Below, in pieces: positions 1 to 12,878 of a stretch of DNA of 64,000 bases (its first letter is position 1; each line of letters opens with the position of its first letter). The position numbers were made by a program, and so were the translations under genes. Source of the DNA: Octopus vulgaris (taxonomy: Eukaryota). The notes beneath the pieces were generated by a model, which saw nothing but the letters and a program-made list of their open reading frames with translations, was not told the DNA's origin and searched no databases. The stretch spans positions 47,988,001-48,052,000 of the forward strand of contig OX597814.1 of the NCBI GenBank assembly GCA_951406725.2, in the 5' to 3' direction.

Positions 1-262
1 TAGCCATGCTTGCATTGATCACATAGAATTTCATTGAGACAAATTTTTCTATGGATGCCTTTCCTGTCAGCCACCTTCATCTCTGTTACCAAGTAACATA
101 GTATTTTCTCTTAGACATTTGTGGAAAAAGTATAAATGAGTGACATGACACCACTTGTATGAAGGTGATGGTTATTCCCCCAACTATAATATTATGTCAA
201 GACAAGGAGGCACATACACATATGCATGTATGTGTGTGTTTGTGTCTCTTTCTCTTGACATC

Positions 263-328
<66 letters not shown>

Positions 329-496
329 CATGACAAGTTTCTTTCAGTCTCTGTCCACCAAATTAATCCACAAGGCTTTGGTCAGCCCTTGGGTATAGTA
401 GAAGACACTTGTCCATGATGTCATGCATCAAGATTGAATCTTCTACCATGTGGTTTGAAAATGGGCTTCTTACCCTTATAGACATGCCTGTGCCTG
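1..496 (-). mobile_element. Degraded SINE family A variant (tRNA/CORE-like head, (TA)n, RTE-type tail)
   Basis: 326-496 is the reverse complement of the head seen at 38115. (TA)n lies at about 268-323. 1-200 matches, in reverse, the tail at 50720-50935 (GGATGCCTTTCCTGTCAGCCACC). Confidence 0.65.
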
Positions 497-760
497 ATCA
501 TCTTTACATCCAAAGTTTCCATGCTGTCATAGGTTGGACGAGATTTATTGAGGCAGTATTTCTTCAGCTGGATGCTTTTCCTGGTGCCAACCCTTATTTT
601 TTGACTAGGGTCTTTTTATCCTACCGGTTTTCATGTTGAAGCCACTGAGCTACAGGATGTATTGTTTACTGGAAATAAATTCAAAACATCCCCATTGCCC
701 AAAGAAATATCATTCCAGAAGAAAAACACGCGCATGCAAAACTGTAAACATCTATGTGTG

Positions 761-815
<55 letters not shown>

Positions 816-2401
816 ACATGCATTTACATATGTATGTATCTAACCTTATCAGTTATTTTGCTTATTTATCTTGATCTTATATTTTTTCTCTTTCTTATTT
901 TTAATATCATATTTTATACTATTCTCTTGTTACTTTATCTTTTAGTAGAAGATATGCTCTGTCTGATGCAATTTTTATCTACAATACTTGTGTCTTGTTA
1001 TCTTGTGTATCATAGTTAATTTCTTGTGGCAGTGATTTTGGTTGACTTGCTCCAAAGCAAATGAATTAAATGCAATTAGCTTTTGAAAATAGCAAATATA
1101 TTTTGTATTCCATGGCATTAATTTCACCTAATATCAAAGAAATATTGATGAAAGAGAAAGCACTTCAGATCTGGGTAGAATATCTAAACTAAATGTTCCT
1201 TCATGTATGCAAATGCAAAATAAAGTTTCTTAAAAATGCCTAGATTAAAGACAGAAATAAACCATATGAGGTTGTTTGCTGACCTAAATATGAAAAAATA
1301 ACTGTGTAGCTTGGATGATGTGTGGAGGGGTTGTCAAATACATAAGGACAAAAATGACTTATTTGTTGACATACTCACATCAGAGAAAAATCAGCTTACT
1401 GAAAAAAAATCTACTTTTCTGTTATGTACTTCTGTTTGTAGAAGAAAAATAAACTTGATGTATATAATGGATTAATATATACAACAACACGGATTTCCTT
1501 GGATTCTGGATCTTACATATGTAGTATTTGTTTAAACGTAGTTTCAATTTTTATTCCTTCATTATCATTGAAAATCTATCTGTAATTATTTACTTATATT
1601 ATTAAGTAAGTTAGCAGCTGGCAGCTGAAAGGATAGCTGGAAGTAACCGGCTTACATTGAATGAATAATCTTGGTGTATACACAAACTTCCCAACACTTG
1701 GATATTTATTTTAATCATAGGATTGGCAGTAAATATTAATCTCTTGGGAGTTGTAATCACAGCGGATCTATGTGGGATTAGGATGTATAACTTAATTTTA
1801 TACAGTGTTTAAATGTGTAATCTTTGTCATAGTGACATCTTTCATTGAGGAAACACAAGATTATATTAATGTATATGTGTGCATGCACATGCGTATAGCT
1901 TGATGCAAGCATAACTATGTGGTCAAGAATTTCACTTAGCAACCCCACAATTTTTGCTTCTGATTTCGTGTGTGACACCATGGGTATGTGTCTTCTACAA
2001 CAGCTTCAGGCCAACCATTGATGTGTTATGAGTAAATTTGGGAAATGGACACTGTGTGTATATATTTAATGGACACTATATATATTTAACATTATAGTGT
2101 GGTGCTTAAGTTTGACAAATAACCAGATATGCTAGAGCTCAGTATTGTACATTACATTAGACTTTGAAAATTCACATGTAAAATGCATTTCCCTGTACAA
2201 TGTTGCATTCACTGCAGAATAGGCTATTGTGGATGAACAGAGTAAAATGCTTTTGAAAGAACAGCAGTAAACAATATCAGTGATATACCAAAATATTTGT
2301 TCCAACTGTTGTTTCCATGAAAGAATCATATTACAGATTTTTGGAAAAATGGATAATGATGCCATTCTTATATGCTAATTTGTAATTATATAATTATATT
2401 T

Positions 2402-2542
2402 GTTAGGAAGGGCATCCAGTTGTAGAAACTTTGCCAGATCAGACCGGAGCCTGGTGCAGCCTTCTGGCTTCCCAGATCCCCGGTCGAACCGTCCAACCCA
2501 TGCTAGCATGGAGAACGGACGTTAAACGATGATGATGATGAT
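2402..2542 (+). mobile_element. 5'-truncated RTE-type 3' tail with (GAT)n
   Basis: GTTAGGAAGGGCATCCAGTTGTAGAAAC...GGACGTTAAACGATGATGATG, near-identical to 19865-20007. Confidence 0.85.
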
Positions 2543-2907
2543 TGTAAAGTTGTGTAATAAGTTATTGAAACGACTATGTGAACAAATATTTTGAAATATT
2601 ACTAATATTGTTTTCTGTTGTCCTTTCAGACGTATTTTGCTATAGATGTGTGTGTGTGTGTGTGTTTGTCTTTGTGTTTGTCCCTCAACACTTCATAAAC
2701 TGTGGTAAAATTTGACTGATAGAAGAAGTACCCTTAGTTCAAGATGGTACCCCTAGCAGTAATGCTAGGGGTACCACCCTGAAACATAAAAAAGAATATA
2801 TGCATATAAGTGTGTGCATGTATGTATCATAATTGTCATTCTCATCATGACTTTATGTCTGTTTTTCCTGCTGGGATGGGTTGGTATATATATATATTTT
2901 TTTTTTT

Positions 2908-3890
2908 GGGGGTCATCCCATCAATATGTTTTTTTTATCCTTTTTTATTTTTCAAAATTAAGATAAACAAAGTTCTTTTTTAATCTAAAATATACTCTCC
3001 GTCATTTTCTACAATGCTCATCCATCTATCTGATAGACTTCCAAGGCCCCTCTTCCAAAATTCACTTGTCCATCATGAAAAATACTCCTTCAGTACTGTT
3101 CTGACCTTATCTACAGGATTCATATTTTTTCCATCTAAATGATTCTGAAGACTGTGGAATAAATAATAATCAGATGGGGCAATGTCCAGTAAATATGGTG
3201 GGTGGGGCATCGTTTCCCATTCAAACTGCTCCAGCTTTTGGAATGTCATCCTTACTGTAATGTGGCCAAGCATTATCATGATGGAAGAACACCTTTCACC
3301 TTGAAACCAAAGATGGTTATTTTTCATCTAGTGCTGACTTAAGCTGCTTGAGCTGTTCACAGTAGATCTCCTTTGTTAACTTTTGGCTTGAGCTTAAAAG
3401 TTCAAAGTGGACGAAACTTTTCGTATCCCACCAAACAAATAACAACACCTTATGTGGGTGAAGACTTTCATTAGCCTGGGGTACCGGTGTTTCTCCTTTT
3501 CCTACCCACTTTCTTTGGCACCTGACATTTTTATAGAGAAGCAATTTCTTATCATCATTCACTATTCAGTCCAAAAAAAGGTTCAATCATGAGATGTAAC
3601 AGCAAAGAAGATTTCACATTCACTCTCTGCACATGATTAGACTTGAAAAGTTTGTGAGGAATCCATTGATCCAATTTGCTGATGGCATGAAGGTATTGAT
3701 AAATGGTTGAATGACCAAATCCAAGCTTCTCTCCTAGTTTCTTTACAGTTATGATGGGATTTTGTTCCACCAGGGTTTCCAGGACATCATCATTAAGCTC
3801 TACAGATCTTCCAGGATGAGGCCCATCTTCTAGGCTGCAGTTTCTGGCTCAGAATTTCTGGAACCACTGTTGACACTGGCTTACAGTTAT
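2908..3890 (-). mobile_element. Mariner transposon remnant (frameshifted DD34D transposase plus one TIR)
   Basis: Successive minus frames give CQQWFQKF, WIPHKL, LHPHKVLLFVWWD, VFFHHDNAWPH, HPPYLLDIAPSDYYLFHSLQNHL and RWMSIVENDGEYILD* (stop near 2980). TIR-like GGTCATCCCAT at 2911 matches the end of the 27 kb copy in reverse. Confidence 0.92.
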
Positions 3891-3914
3891 ATATATATAT
3901 ATATATATATGCCA

Positions 3915-4165
3915 CTGTATTGGCCACAGGTCGCATGTTGTAGCTTTCAAATGATGTCATCCTGCTAGCTAGGAAGACAGGACTATATTCCCTGCTTCCT
4001 TGAGTGGAACACCAGTCCATAACAGGTTTACTTATCTACAGCTGAGTGGACTGGTGCAACCATGAAATAAAGTGTTTTGCTCAGGAACACAATGATCCAC
4101 TGGTCTGAGAATCGAAACCACTATCTTGCAAATGTGAGTGCAACTACCTAACCACTAGGCCACTA
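3915..4165 (-). mobile_element. SINE family C, degraded
   Basis: Reverse complement starts GTGGCCTAGTGGTTAG (A box) ... GGTTTCGATTC (B box) ... TGTGTTCCTGAGCAAAACACT. Homologous to 21440 and 61970-62271. Confidence 0.75.
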
Positions 4166-7012
4166 ATGCCAACAAAAGTAACACACAAATGAATAAATTA
4201 TACACACACACGCACACATAGATATAGAGAAATGATAAGGAATGGAATGAACGACATTCTTTATTTAATATCACTACAATTATTTTGAAACATTTTTACA
4301 CCTGTAGTACATTGGTGAGATGTGTAATCATTATCATCCAGCCAAGGTGTAAAATGCTTCTCAGGTGAGTGTTTAAATTATTTCTTCGTTAGACTTAGAG
4401 AGATAGATAGATAGATAGATACGTACATACACACATATACTTACATTGTTACTTACGTTATCATTAACATATATTTTTTTTTACTGGCTACAAAGAATAC
4501 CTGTAATATAGTTTTCCTGCAGGAGTCTTTTATAATTTCTATGCGAGTTCAAGCTCTAAGTTGTAACATTTTCATTCTATGTTTTCTTAGTCTAAAATAG
4601 TTATTTACTCTGTACATATCAAATCATTTTTAAGACGCGTCTAGTACTAATAGGCAAAATAAATTTTGGTGTGTGCGATGATGAGAGAGTACACATAGAT
4701 TGCAAAAACAGGTTACAGAGGCAACACGAGATCAGAAAGTCTTTATTTACATCGTATACTCATAACTTCTTGTGGCAGAACAAGTTTTAAAAAAATAACA
4801 TATTTGGCAACAACTAGTGATAGTCACCGAGATGTACAAATATTTTGAGAAGAATAATACATGAAAAAACATTTGTGATGTAATTATTTTGTATTTATAT
4901 TTTATTGTGTCTAATAGAGAAATATAAATAGTAGTTGCAAGAAAATGTAATACTATATGAATATAAATTATATTGTATTTAATTATTCCTCCATTTTATT
5001 GTTTTGTATTGTGTTACATAATGCATGTTTGAACAGAAACAAGGACTTACAATAAACTTGCTACATCAGTACCTCTATATGGTCACTCGACCTGCTAGAA
5101 ACAGCAGTCAAACTTTAATCATGTCATATTGTCTTAAAAATTAGTACGACACTTTGGATAATACAGTCCTAGAATGTTATGTCTGAAATTAAAGAATGGT
5201 GAGATTGTGATTGCCAGAATACCTTGATCAGAGTTGACTTGGGCGAAATAGTTACTGTTAAAAGTTGTAGGAGAAATGACATGGACTGGATGTCTCATCA
5301 CAATCCAAGTTCCTTTTTATTACTGCCCTCCTAAATGAGTTGGAGTGTCACATCTTGCTCATACATCACAATGTTTTATGTGGTCACTTTGACCATATGC
5401 TCTTCCTCACACCAACCCTTTTACAGGGTATACCTGAGTACGTTTTATTATGATAGCAACACTCAGAATCTTCTCATGTTGTCTCCTTTCATGTGTGTGT
5501 GTGTGTGTGTGAAAAGCATAATTACCACCATCATTTTTATGTACACTTTTGCATGGTTGCATGGGTTGGGCAGGTCCTCTCCAATACACCATCTTGGTAT
5601 TAATTGCATTCCTTCATCTCTTGAACAAATGCCAGAATTATTAGGAAAGAAAACGTGAAATAGTTGTGATGTTTATGCCTTTCTTGAAGGTATGGAAATA
5701 GAAATGAAGCAGGTATAAATAAGGAAATGAATTGCTGGTTTCATTTCAGTTGTACTTAACTGAAAAATGTAATTTCCATATCTTATATAGGTTTGAGAAC
5801 TCTTGTTTGAAAGAAATATAGTATTTATAATTGATCTTATTCTCTTACTGGTACTCACTGATCTTGGAAGGGTGGGTTAGAAATCCCCAGTGTGATTTTA
5901 CATAAGAAAAACATTAGGACACTTGCTCAAGGTGTCACACAGTGGGACTGAACTTGAAATCACATGGTTACAAAGTGAACTTCCTATCCAAACAGCCATT
6001 TTATATTTGCAACTATTCATTTTTATTTTGCCGAGAAACACAAATTCCTGTAGCAGATTTGAACTTATGAACCATACATCCCCTGATTAGGTTGTCCAAT
6101 GCTGTGTTCACTTTGCCATTTTGCCTCTACATGTATTCATAACAGTAATGCCTACATTTCTGAAATTCAGACAGATGAATGATGACTATCATTTACACAT
6201 GTATCAAACATGTTTGCTATTAGCAGAGATGCACACACATCCAAACATTTAGCTTAGGTTTCTTTATTATGGAACTACGTTTTATTTTGGGATGTCATTT
6301 ATATTTTATGGATTTGTCAATAATTATAATCTAATTGTTTAATCTGATATGTTTTAAATACTGGCATCTATTGTGAAATTTTTTTTCACTAAATTTTTGT
6401 TTTTAATTTAAAAACCAAGTTTAGTGTTGAATTATAATCACTTTATTAAATTAATTACCCTAATAATGATGCTCGGAGGAAAAAAATACTTTTGCAAGTT
6501 TAGTGTATGGATTTTGTTTAAATGTTTGAAACTTTGATTCGGATAATCAATAAAAAAAAATACCAAAACATCATCGCTTTTACTCAAAGCTGGGTGAAAC
6601 TATTCAGTAAAATAACTAACCAACCTGCTATTCTTTTAAAAACTCAGTCCAAACTGAAAAGGGCCACTGTATGTGTGTGTGTATGTAGTATATATATCTA
6701 CATTTGTGTTTGTATATATGTATGTGTGTGTGTGTGTGTGAGAGTTTGTGTTTGTATATTTCCATCCCCTTGCAAAACTTGTAATATCATCAATCTCTAT
6801 CCTTTCCAACTCCCTCTTCCTTTCATAACAAAAAATAACAATGAATTCTCTGTTGTGTTTGCAGATGCTTTGTGTTTACATCACACATGCACACACATAC
6901 ATGGGTGCACACACACACACACACAAACACACACACATACTTACATACACACCTGCCCTTGCCTTGCTCCCTTTCCCTTACTCTTATCTGACTTCTCTTT
7001 CTACTCGTTCAG

Positions 7013-7078
7013 CTGACCTCGCCTTTTCTGGTGGCTTTATATATATTTATTTATTCATGCAGTCAACAACAATCCAAT
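7013..7078 (+). other. Candidate short host exon (66 nt, or a first coding exon with ATG at 7057)
   Basis: CTGAC branch-like motif plus pyrimidine tract ending TTCAG (7012), and a GTAAGT donor at 7079. One frame is open (DLAFSGGFIYIYLFMQSTTIQ). No homology recognised. Confidence 0.25.
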
Positions 7079-7624
7079 GTAAGTTAGTGTGGGACTCCGA
7101 ATCACCAAAGTAGTCAGGCGGAAGAGTCTTTGCCGTTTGAGAGGGTTTTCTTCCTCTGAAAGCCAGCCATTTTTTTTCAGGGGTCTCTAACAAGCTGCAT
7201 TCTCACCCACCTCTGTACTGATCAGGCACCCTCCCATGAAATTAAAAGCTATTGTTGTCATTTTAGTACTTTCTTCATGTTTTTATTATGCATTTTTCTT
7301 CTTCAAGGTTCATTTATTTTTCGTTATTCATTTACTGTGATCTTATTTTTCTTTCACCGTCCTTTTCTTGTTTTTATTTTCAATTTGTTCTCCTCAACTT
7401 TCCTTTTTATGATGTATTTTTTTTTACACATTTGTTGTAGTTGTTGTTGTTGTTGCATTCGGTTTTTTCTTTATTTCCAAGTATTCACCACATAATTATG
7501 TGAGTGCACATGCATGCATGCATATGTAAACACATGACATTAACGTATGTAGTATAAAAACAACAAGCACAGAATATTAATAAACTCCATTCATATGCAC
7601 ATACATACAAGTCAGAGGGAGGGA

Positions 7625-7792
7625 GACTCTACATGGTTGCTCAACATGCCAGACATGGCAGCTAAATCTTTCATACCACACTGGCTTTAAAATATAAGGC
7701 ATACCGGATAATCCCTGGAAAGACGAGTTGGACAAAGCCTTTGGTCATAAGTCTGTTTGATAGCAGCTGACCTGAGATTAAACTACGACAAG
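7625..7792 (+). repeat. Unclassified dispersed repeat (family E)
   Basis: Similar diverged sequence at about 5070-5250 and 11570-11725, and in reverse at about 18635-18830 and 22465-22680 (GTTTAGCCCCAGGTCAACCC...AGACCTATG). Confidence 0.55.
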
Positions 7793-7822
7793 ATATACAC
7801 ACACACACGCACACACACACAC

Positions 7823-8250
7823 TCATCATCATCATCATCATCATCATTTTAACATCCATGTTCCATGATATTATGCTTTGAATGGGTTAATAAGGATCCA
7901 ATGAGTCAAAGGATCGCATTATACTCTGATGTCTGCTTTGGCACGGTTTCTATGGCTGGATGCCCTTCCTAACACCAACCATTTTACATTGTGTACCAGG
8001 TGCTTTTTACATACTATAGGCACTTTTGAGTTCACCATGTAGCTTGTAAGTCAAAATCCCAAGGAGAGACAATGCTGTGTCCATATGTTAGGTGACTGTT
8101 AAGGTATGAGGGAAGAGGTTAGAGTAGAGCAGATTCTTGTTGAAAAGGCTACATGGCCACTCACATTTAGGGGAGAGAACGATTTAGATGTATCTCCAGG
8201 AAGATAGACAGTGATGATAAAGTGTCCAGGTGGCACCTCAGGTAGCAGTA
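7823..8250 (-). mobile_element. Degraded RTE-type LINE 3' end
   Basis: (CAT)n followed by TTTAACATCCATGTTCCATG...GGCTGGATGCCCTTCCTAACACCAACC. Similar to 54973-55290. Confidence 0.65.
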
Positions 8251-8458
8251 GCAGCAGTGGGTGGGAGAAGTAGAGGTTTGCAAGAGGGTATGATACAGGC
8301 ATGGTTGTGTGGTTAAAAAGTTCATTTTACAATTATATTGCCTCAGATTCAGGCAGACCACATGATACCTTAAGTAAGTGACTTCTGCATTTCAGGTCAA
8401 CCAATGCTTTATAAATAGAATAGTTGATAGAAACTCTATGGAGGTATTTTGAGTGCAT

Positions 8459-8693
8459 TTTAAGGCAACGAGCTGGCAGAATCGTTAGCATGCCGGACGA
8501 AATGCTTAGCGGTATTTCGTCTGCCGCTACATTCTGAGTTCAAATTCCACCGAGGTCGACTTTGCCTTTCATCCTTTTGGGGTCGATTAAATATGTACCA
8601 GTTATGCACTGGGGTTGATATAATCGACTTAATCCATTTGTCTGTCCTTGTTTGTCCTCTCTGTGTTTAGCCCCTTGTGGGTAGTAAAGAAAT
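8459..8693 (+). mobile_element. SINE family B, full length with 17-bp TSD, nested in an older family A SINE
   Basis: GGCAACGAGCTGGCAGAATCG...GAGTTCAAATTCC...GCCTTTCATCCTTTTGGGGTCGAT...GTAAAGAAATA. TSD AGGTATTTTGAGTGCAT at 8442-8458 and 8694-8710. Confidence 0.93.
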
Positions 8694-9384
8694 AGGTATT
8701 TTGAGTGCATATGTGTATGAGTGAGTGAGTGAGTGAGTGTGTGTGTGTGTGAGTGGTTATGTGTGTGTGTGAAGTCATCACTTCTGCTCTTTGTGTGAGA
8801 CCACTTGAGCCGTGGTCATGTTTACATTTTTAGTGAACATTGCACTCTGTAGCTCTGAAATTGTTATCTTTAGTGCATTATAACATTCTCTTTCTTGAAA
8901 AATAGTTGGTGACAGGAAAGGTATTCAGCTGTAAAATATATGTCCAGTGTATGGTAGTATTGAAAAATGTCTGTAAAATGAACATGTGCATGCACATACA
9001 CACACACATTTCAATATATAGTGATTAAAAAATGATGCACCTAGTTATGTTTAGTTACATCAAAATGGATAAGTTAGCCTTTCAGTAAAGACAGATCAAA
9101 AAAAGGTCAATTAAGGTTAATATGATGGACTAAAACTCTTGAAGTCAATGCCCCAGTATGGTCACAATTCAGTGACTGAAACTATAAATGTGCAAGAGAC
9201 AAACAGATATGCATGCATGCATGCACGCACGCACACACACACACACACACATATGTATGTGTGAGTGTCAAAATCATTGGCGTCAACATTTCATCAACAT
9301 TTCATTATCATCTCTTTCTGTATTAGCATGGGCACTGCAGTTTGATAGGGTCTGGTATGTTGAAGGTTTGAAAGCAGAGCAGAC

Positions 9385-10435
9385 CAAACCCGGCCTGTTG
9401 CCTACATTTCTGTCAGCAGTCTAGGAATATGAGTCATTTCTTGGGTGATAGTATCTTTTGATTATCAAGTAAAGTTAAGTTGTTGCTAGCATGTAGAGCA
9501 AGAATCTCTCCATAGCATTTTGTACCTAGCTTTGATCAGTAAGTGTTGCTGATGCACAATTTGTACAAAAGTTCAACAGTCATTGCCCATTATCCCTAAA
9601 TACTTCCAATCCCAAATATCTTGGCCAGCAGCCATTGTTGCTGCCTCACTCTAACATTGAACTTAGTAAGTAGCAATAAGTGTTCTTTACTTGGTATTTC
9701 CTACATTATCATTGAGATCTGGTTGTAGAATTGTTCCTTATGTAGACTAGAGGGTGAGTACACAGATACTGACAAGGTTAACAGTCCCAGATATATTAGA
9801 TCAAAGAGAGAAAATCCACACTAAGCCTTTCTTGCTGCTCTAATGTCTTCAGCGATGAGTTCTTCATAGCAAAGCTTATACCATGCTTTGTGGTCTCATA
9901 TGGACTTTCCTCCTGCCAGAGAAGGCACAGTCTCTTTAGTATGAGTTTTTCTAATTGTTGCACATGTCTTTAGAAGCCTTGCTTAATCCACTTGTAGTCT
10001 CAGTAATTTCACTGCTAATGACTGGTGTCTCGCATATTTTGTTGATTTCCCCAAAACCATCTAATATTCAACTAATCTTCGTCAAATTTCTGGATTCTTA
10101 TTTTGTTTGCTTATTGCAATGTTTAGTAACTGCAGTTCTTACAAATTGTATTCCTGAGTCCATGCACTCAGTAGAGTGGGTGAACTGTTTTATGACAGCA
10201 CTTAAATAGCTGGGAATTGCCTAGCATGGAGAGGATGGTAATTGTCCAGTGACATGCTGTGGCCTCTCCCTCCATTGAAGGTAAATTCTGATGCCTTGTT
10301 CTACACCAATCAAGCACTGGTTTACAACTGGGAGACTACTATTTTCTATATCATGCCATCATGTTGAGAAGTTGTTGGAGTGTCCTCTCTAGGGTACAGG
10401 CTTGAGCAAGCATGTATGGAGGACTACTAGCTGCC
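9385..10435 (-). mobile_element. Decayed RTE (BovB-like) LINE 5' part: 5' UTR and APE endonuclease pseudogene
   Basis: Minus frames, with many stops and frameshifts, give LLRLQVD, GKSPYETTKHGISFAMKNS, GTVNLVSI, KEQFYNQI, EIPSKEHLLLLTKFNVRV, DNGQ*LLNFC and CISNTY, in the order of RTE endonuclease motifs. Confidence 0.78.
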
Positions 10436-10789
10436 ATATACATACATACGTAACACATACATATAAATGCATACAAATACTCACCAAAATAAAACACCTA
10501 AACAACTACATGGACATCATCATTTACCAGCATCTCTTATAATCTGGATAGTAATTTGAATTATGAATAGACATTTGAATTTCCTGTGATCTGTCAAACA
10601 AGCTCAGTGGGTGGTTTCAAGCAGGATAGTGTGTTATTTGCAATCATTTAAGTAATTAGGTATCGGTGGCTGCTGCATCTCCAATGTGATTGTTGGGGAA
10701 TTCCTAGCATGATTTGCTTATATTGCTCCTAGGTTGCAGCTTCTAAGTACAGGAAGTGTCAGTGGTTATATAAAGTATAGCCATGTTTG

Positions 10790-10920
10790 TATCAATCTAG
10801 AAATTGTTTGAAATTGCTGTTAATGACAGTGAAGACGAAGACTTAACTGAGAAACTCAGTATTGATAAGATAAATGAGTTGACAGATAAACTAATCAAAG
10901 GACGAGAACAACATATTATA
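10790..10920 (+). mobile_element. Possible pogo/Tigger-like transposase C-terminal remnant
   Basis: NDSEDEDLTEKLSIDKINELTDKLIKGREQ resembles the acidic tail of Tigger/Jerky-like transposases. Short and weak. Confidence 0.25.
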
Positions 10921-12495
10921 TTTAGCTTTAAACATTTGCTCCTCCATATTACTCTAGCTTCAGAACAAGGACAGTGTTTTCCCCTTCATGATATGCTCCT
11001 TGTGTCATGAAGGTTTGGCAGTGAAAAAGTTAACTAATGCAGCACTACTCTGAATTATTATTACATAACTACTATAACAAAACAGTTAATTTAATGTCAG
11101 TCTGGAACCAAAATACTAAAAATTAATTGGTATACTCCATAACCATGTAGCAGATTTATTTACAGTGTCTGTGTCTGAGTAAATTTCATAGAAATTGGTA
11201 AGCAATAAAGCAGTATATACCATTTCACAAGATTCTCAATTTCATTATTGATTCTATATTAACCATCAGAATAAAAGTCGACTTTTACTATTGTGTTTTG
11301 GTTTTTTATGTATTTAATTTTGAGAAAGTTTCACTTAAAGTTAAGTTACTAAATATTGACGTTTCTTTATTAAGCTCAAGGTGTCAGACTTGGTGGGATT
11401 CAGACTCAGAAATGTAAAAGAATCAAATACCATTATGTTGTATGTGCACAAACTCAAAAACTTAATGCATGTATTCAGACATGCTAATCATATATATATA
11501 TATACACACATCCTTATACTTACTGATGTGTACATACTTAAACAAGCATGCACTCATTGAGTTAACGAGAGAGTTGCTATGTAGTTGATTAATCTTCTAG
11601 AAATAGTAACCAAATCTCTCTCAAGTCAGAGCCTAAAGTCTTAAATAAAAGATTATGTTAGAGGATGTAATCCCTGATATGTAAAAGTTAGGATGATCAC
11701 AGCCCCTTAATCAGGACTTACAACATCAATAACTTGCATTCATTTACTAAACAGAATCCTTACCTGTTAAAAATAAATCTTTAATATTCAGATTTAGAAT
11801 CTTATTCTTCTGTCAGAATCCAACATTTGTTAAAATATGTTGATGTGTAGTAGATAATATATCTATACAATATCAATAGTTCTTTGCAAACCTCCACATT
11901 TAAAATCTGTAAAAAAAAAGACAAAGAGAATTAAAAAAATATATTAAAAGCAAACAAGAATAGACTGTGATTGTAGTTGGATCACTAAATTATATCTCTC
12001 TCTTCAAATTCGATTATGGCATAGGTAGATGTTAGACAAGTGCAGGGTTTTTCTCTACTGAGAAAAAGCTGCATGCATATCAGATACACTCTCTTGTTCT
12101 TACACAATGTGCCCTTGTGGCAAAATACAGTAACAACTGAGTTTGTATGTGAATGTAGGAAATTGCCGAAACTAGCTGAAGGGGCTTCCAGATTTTGTAG
12201 TACCATCTTAGTATGTGTCCAGGCCATAAAACATCATTCCAGTTTTTTACCATGTGTTGTGACTTTTACCCAGCATGATGGTATGTTGTCATTTGTACAA
12301 ATTACCTGCATTGGCCTGTTGCCACCAACTTCAAAGCTGTGGAGATGAAAATTATTTATTTCTTCCATGCCTCATTTAAGTGAAATGTAAACATGCTGCT
12401 AATCACCTGCTTAATGTGCATATGTACATATTATTAGATCGCTGTTTACTTGGCCGAGTTCATTCACTTTTTTTGTTCAATAAATATAATCATAT

Positions 12496-12878
12496 AGGTG
12501 TAGATGAGGCTGTGTGGTAAGAAGCTTACTTCCCAACCACATGGTTCAGGGTTTGGTTCCAATGTATGGTACTTTGGGCAAGTGTCTTCTATATAGCCTT
12601 GGGCTGACCAAAGCCTTGCAAGTGGATTTGGTAGTCAGAAACTGAAAGAATCCTGTCATGTATATATATATATTTATATTTATATCTTTGTGTGTGACTT
12701 TGTGTTTGTGTGTTTATGTCCCTGTATCTTAGTGGTTCAGCAAAAGAGACTGATAGAATTAGCACTAGGCTTAAAAATAAGTCCTGGGGTTGATTTGTTA
12801 AACTAAACAAACCCTTCAAGCTGGTACTCCAGTATGGCTGCAACCAAATGACTAAAACAAGTAAAAGAATCGAAGAAT
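12496..12878 (+). mobile_element. SINE family A, full length, diverged
   Basis: GGCTGTGTGGTAAG...TTGGGCAAGTGTCTTCT...microsatellite...ACTAAAACAAGTAAAAGA, colinear with 38115-38529. Confidence 0.9.

Noticed and set aside
155-1019. ORFs with YIYI, CVCV, HTHT or ERER runs (here and throughout the window)
   Set aside because: They are translations of dinucleotide microsatellites, with no protein-like composition or domain.
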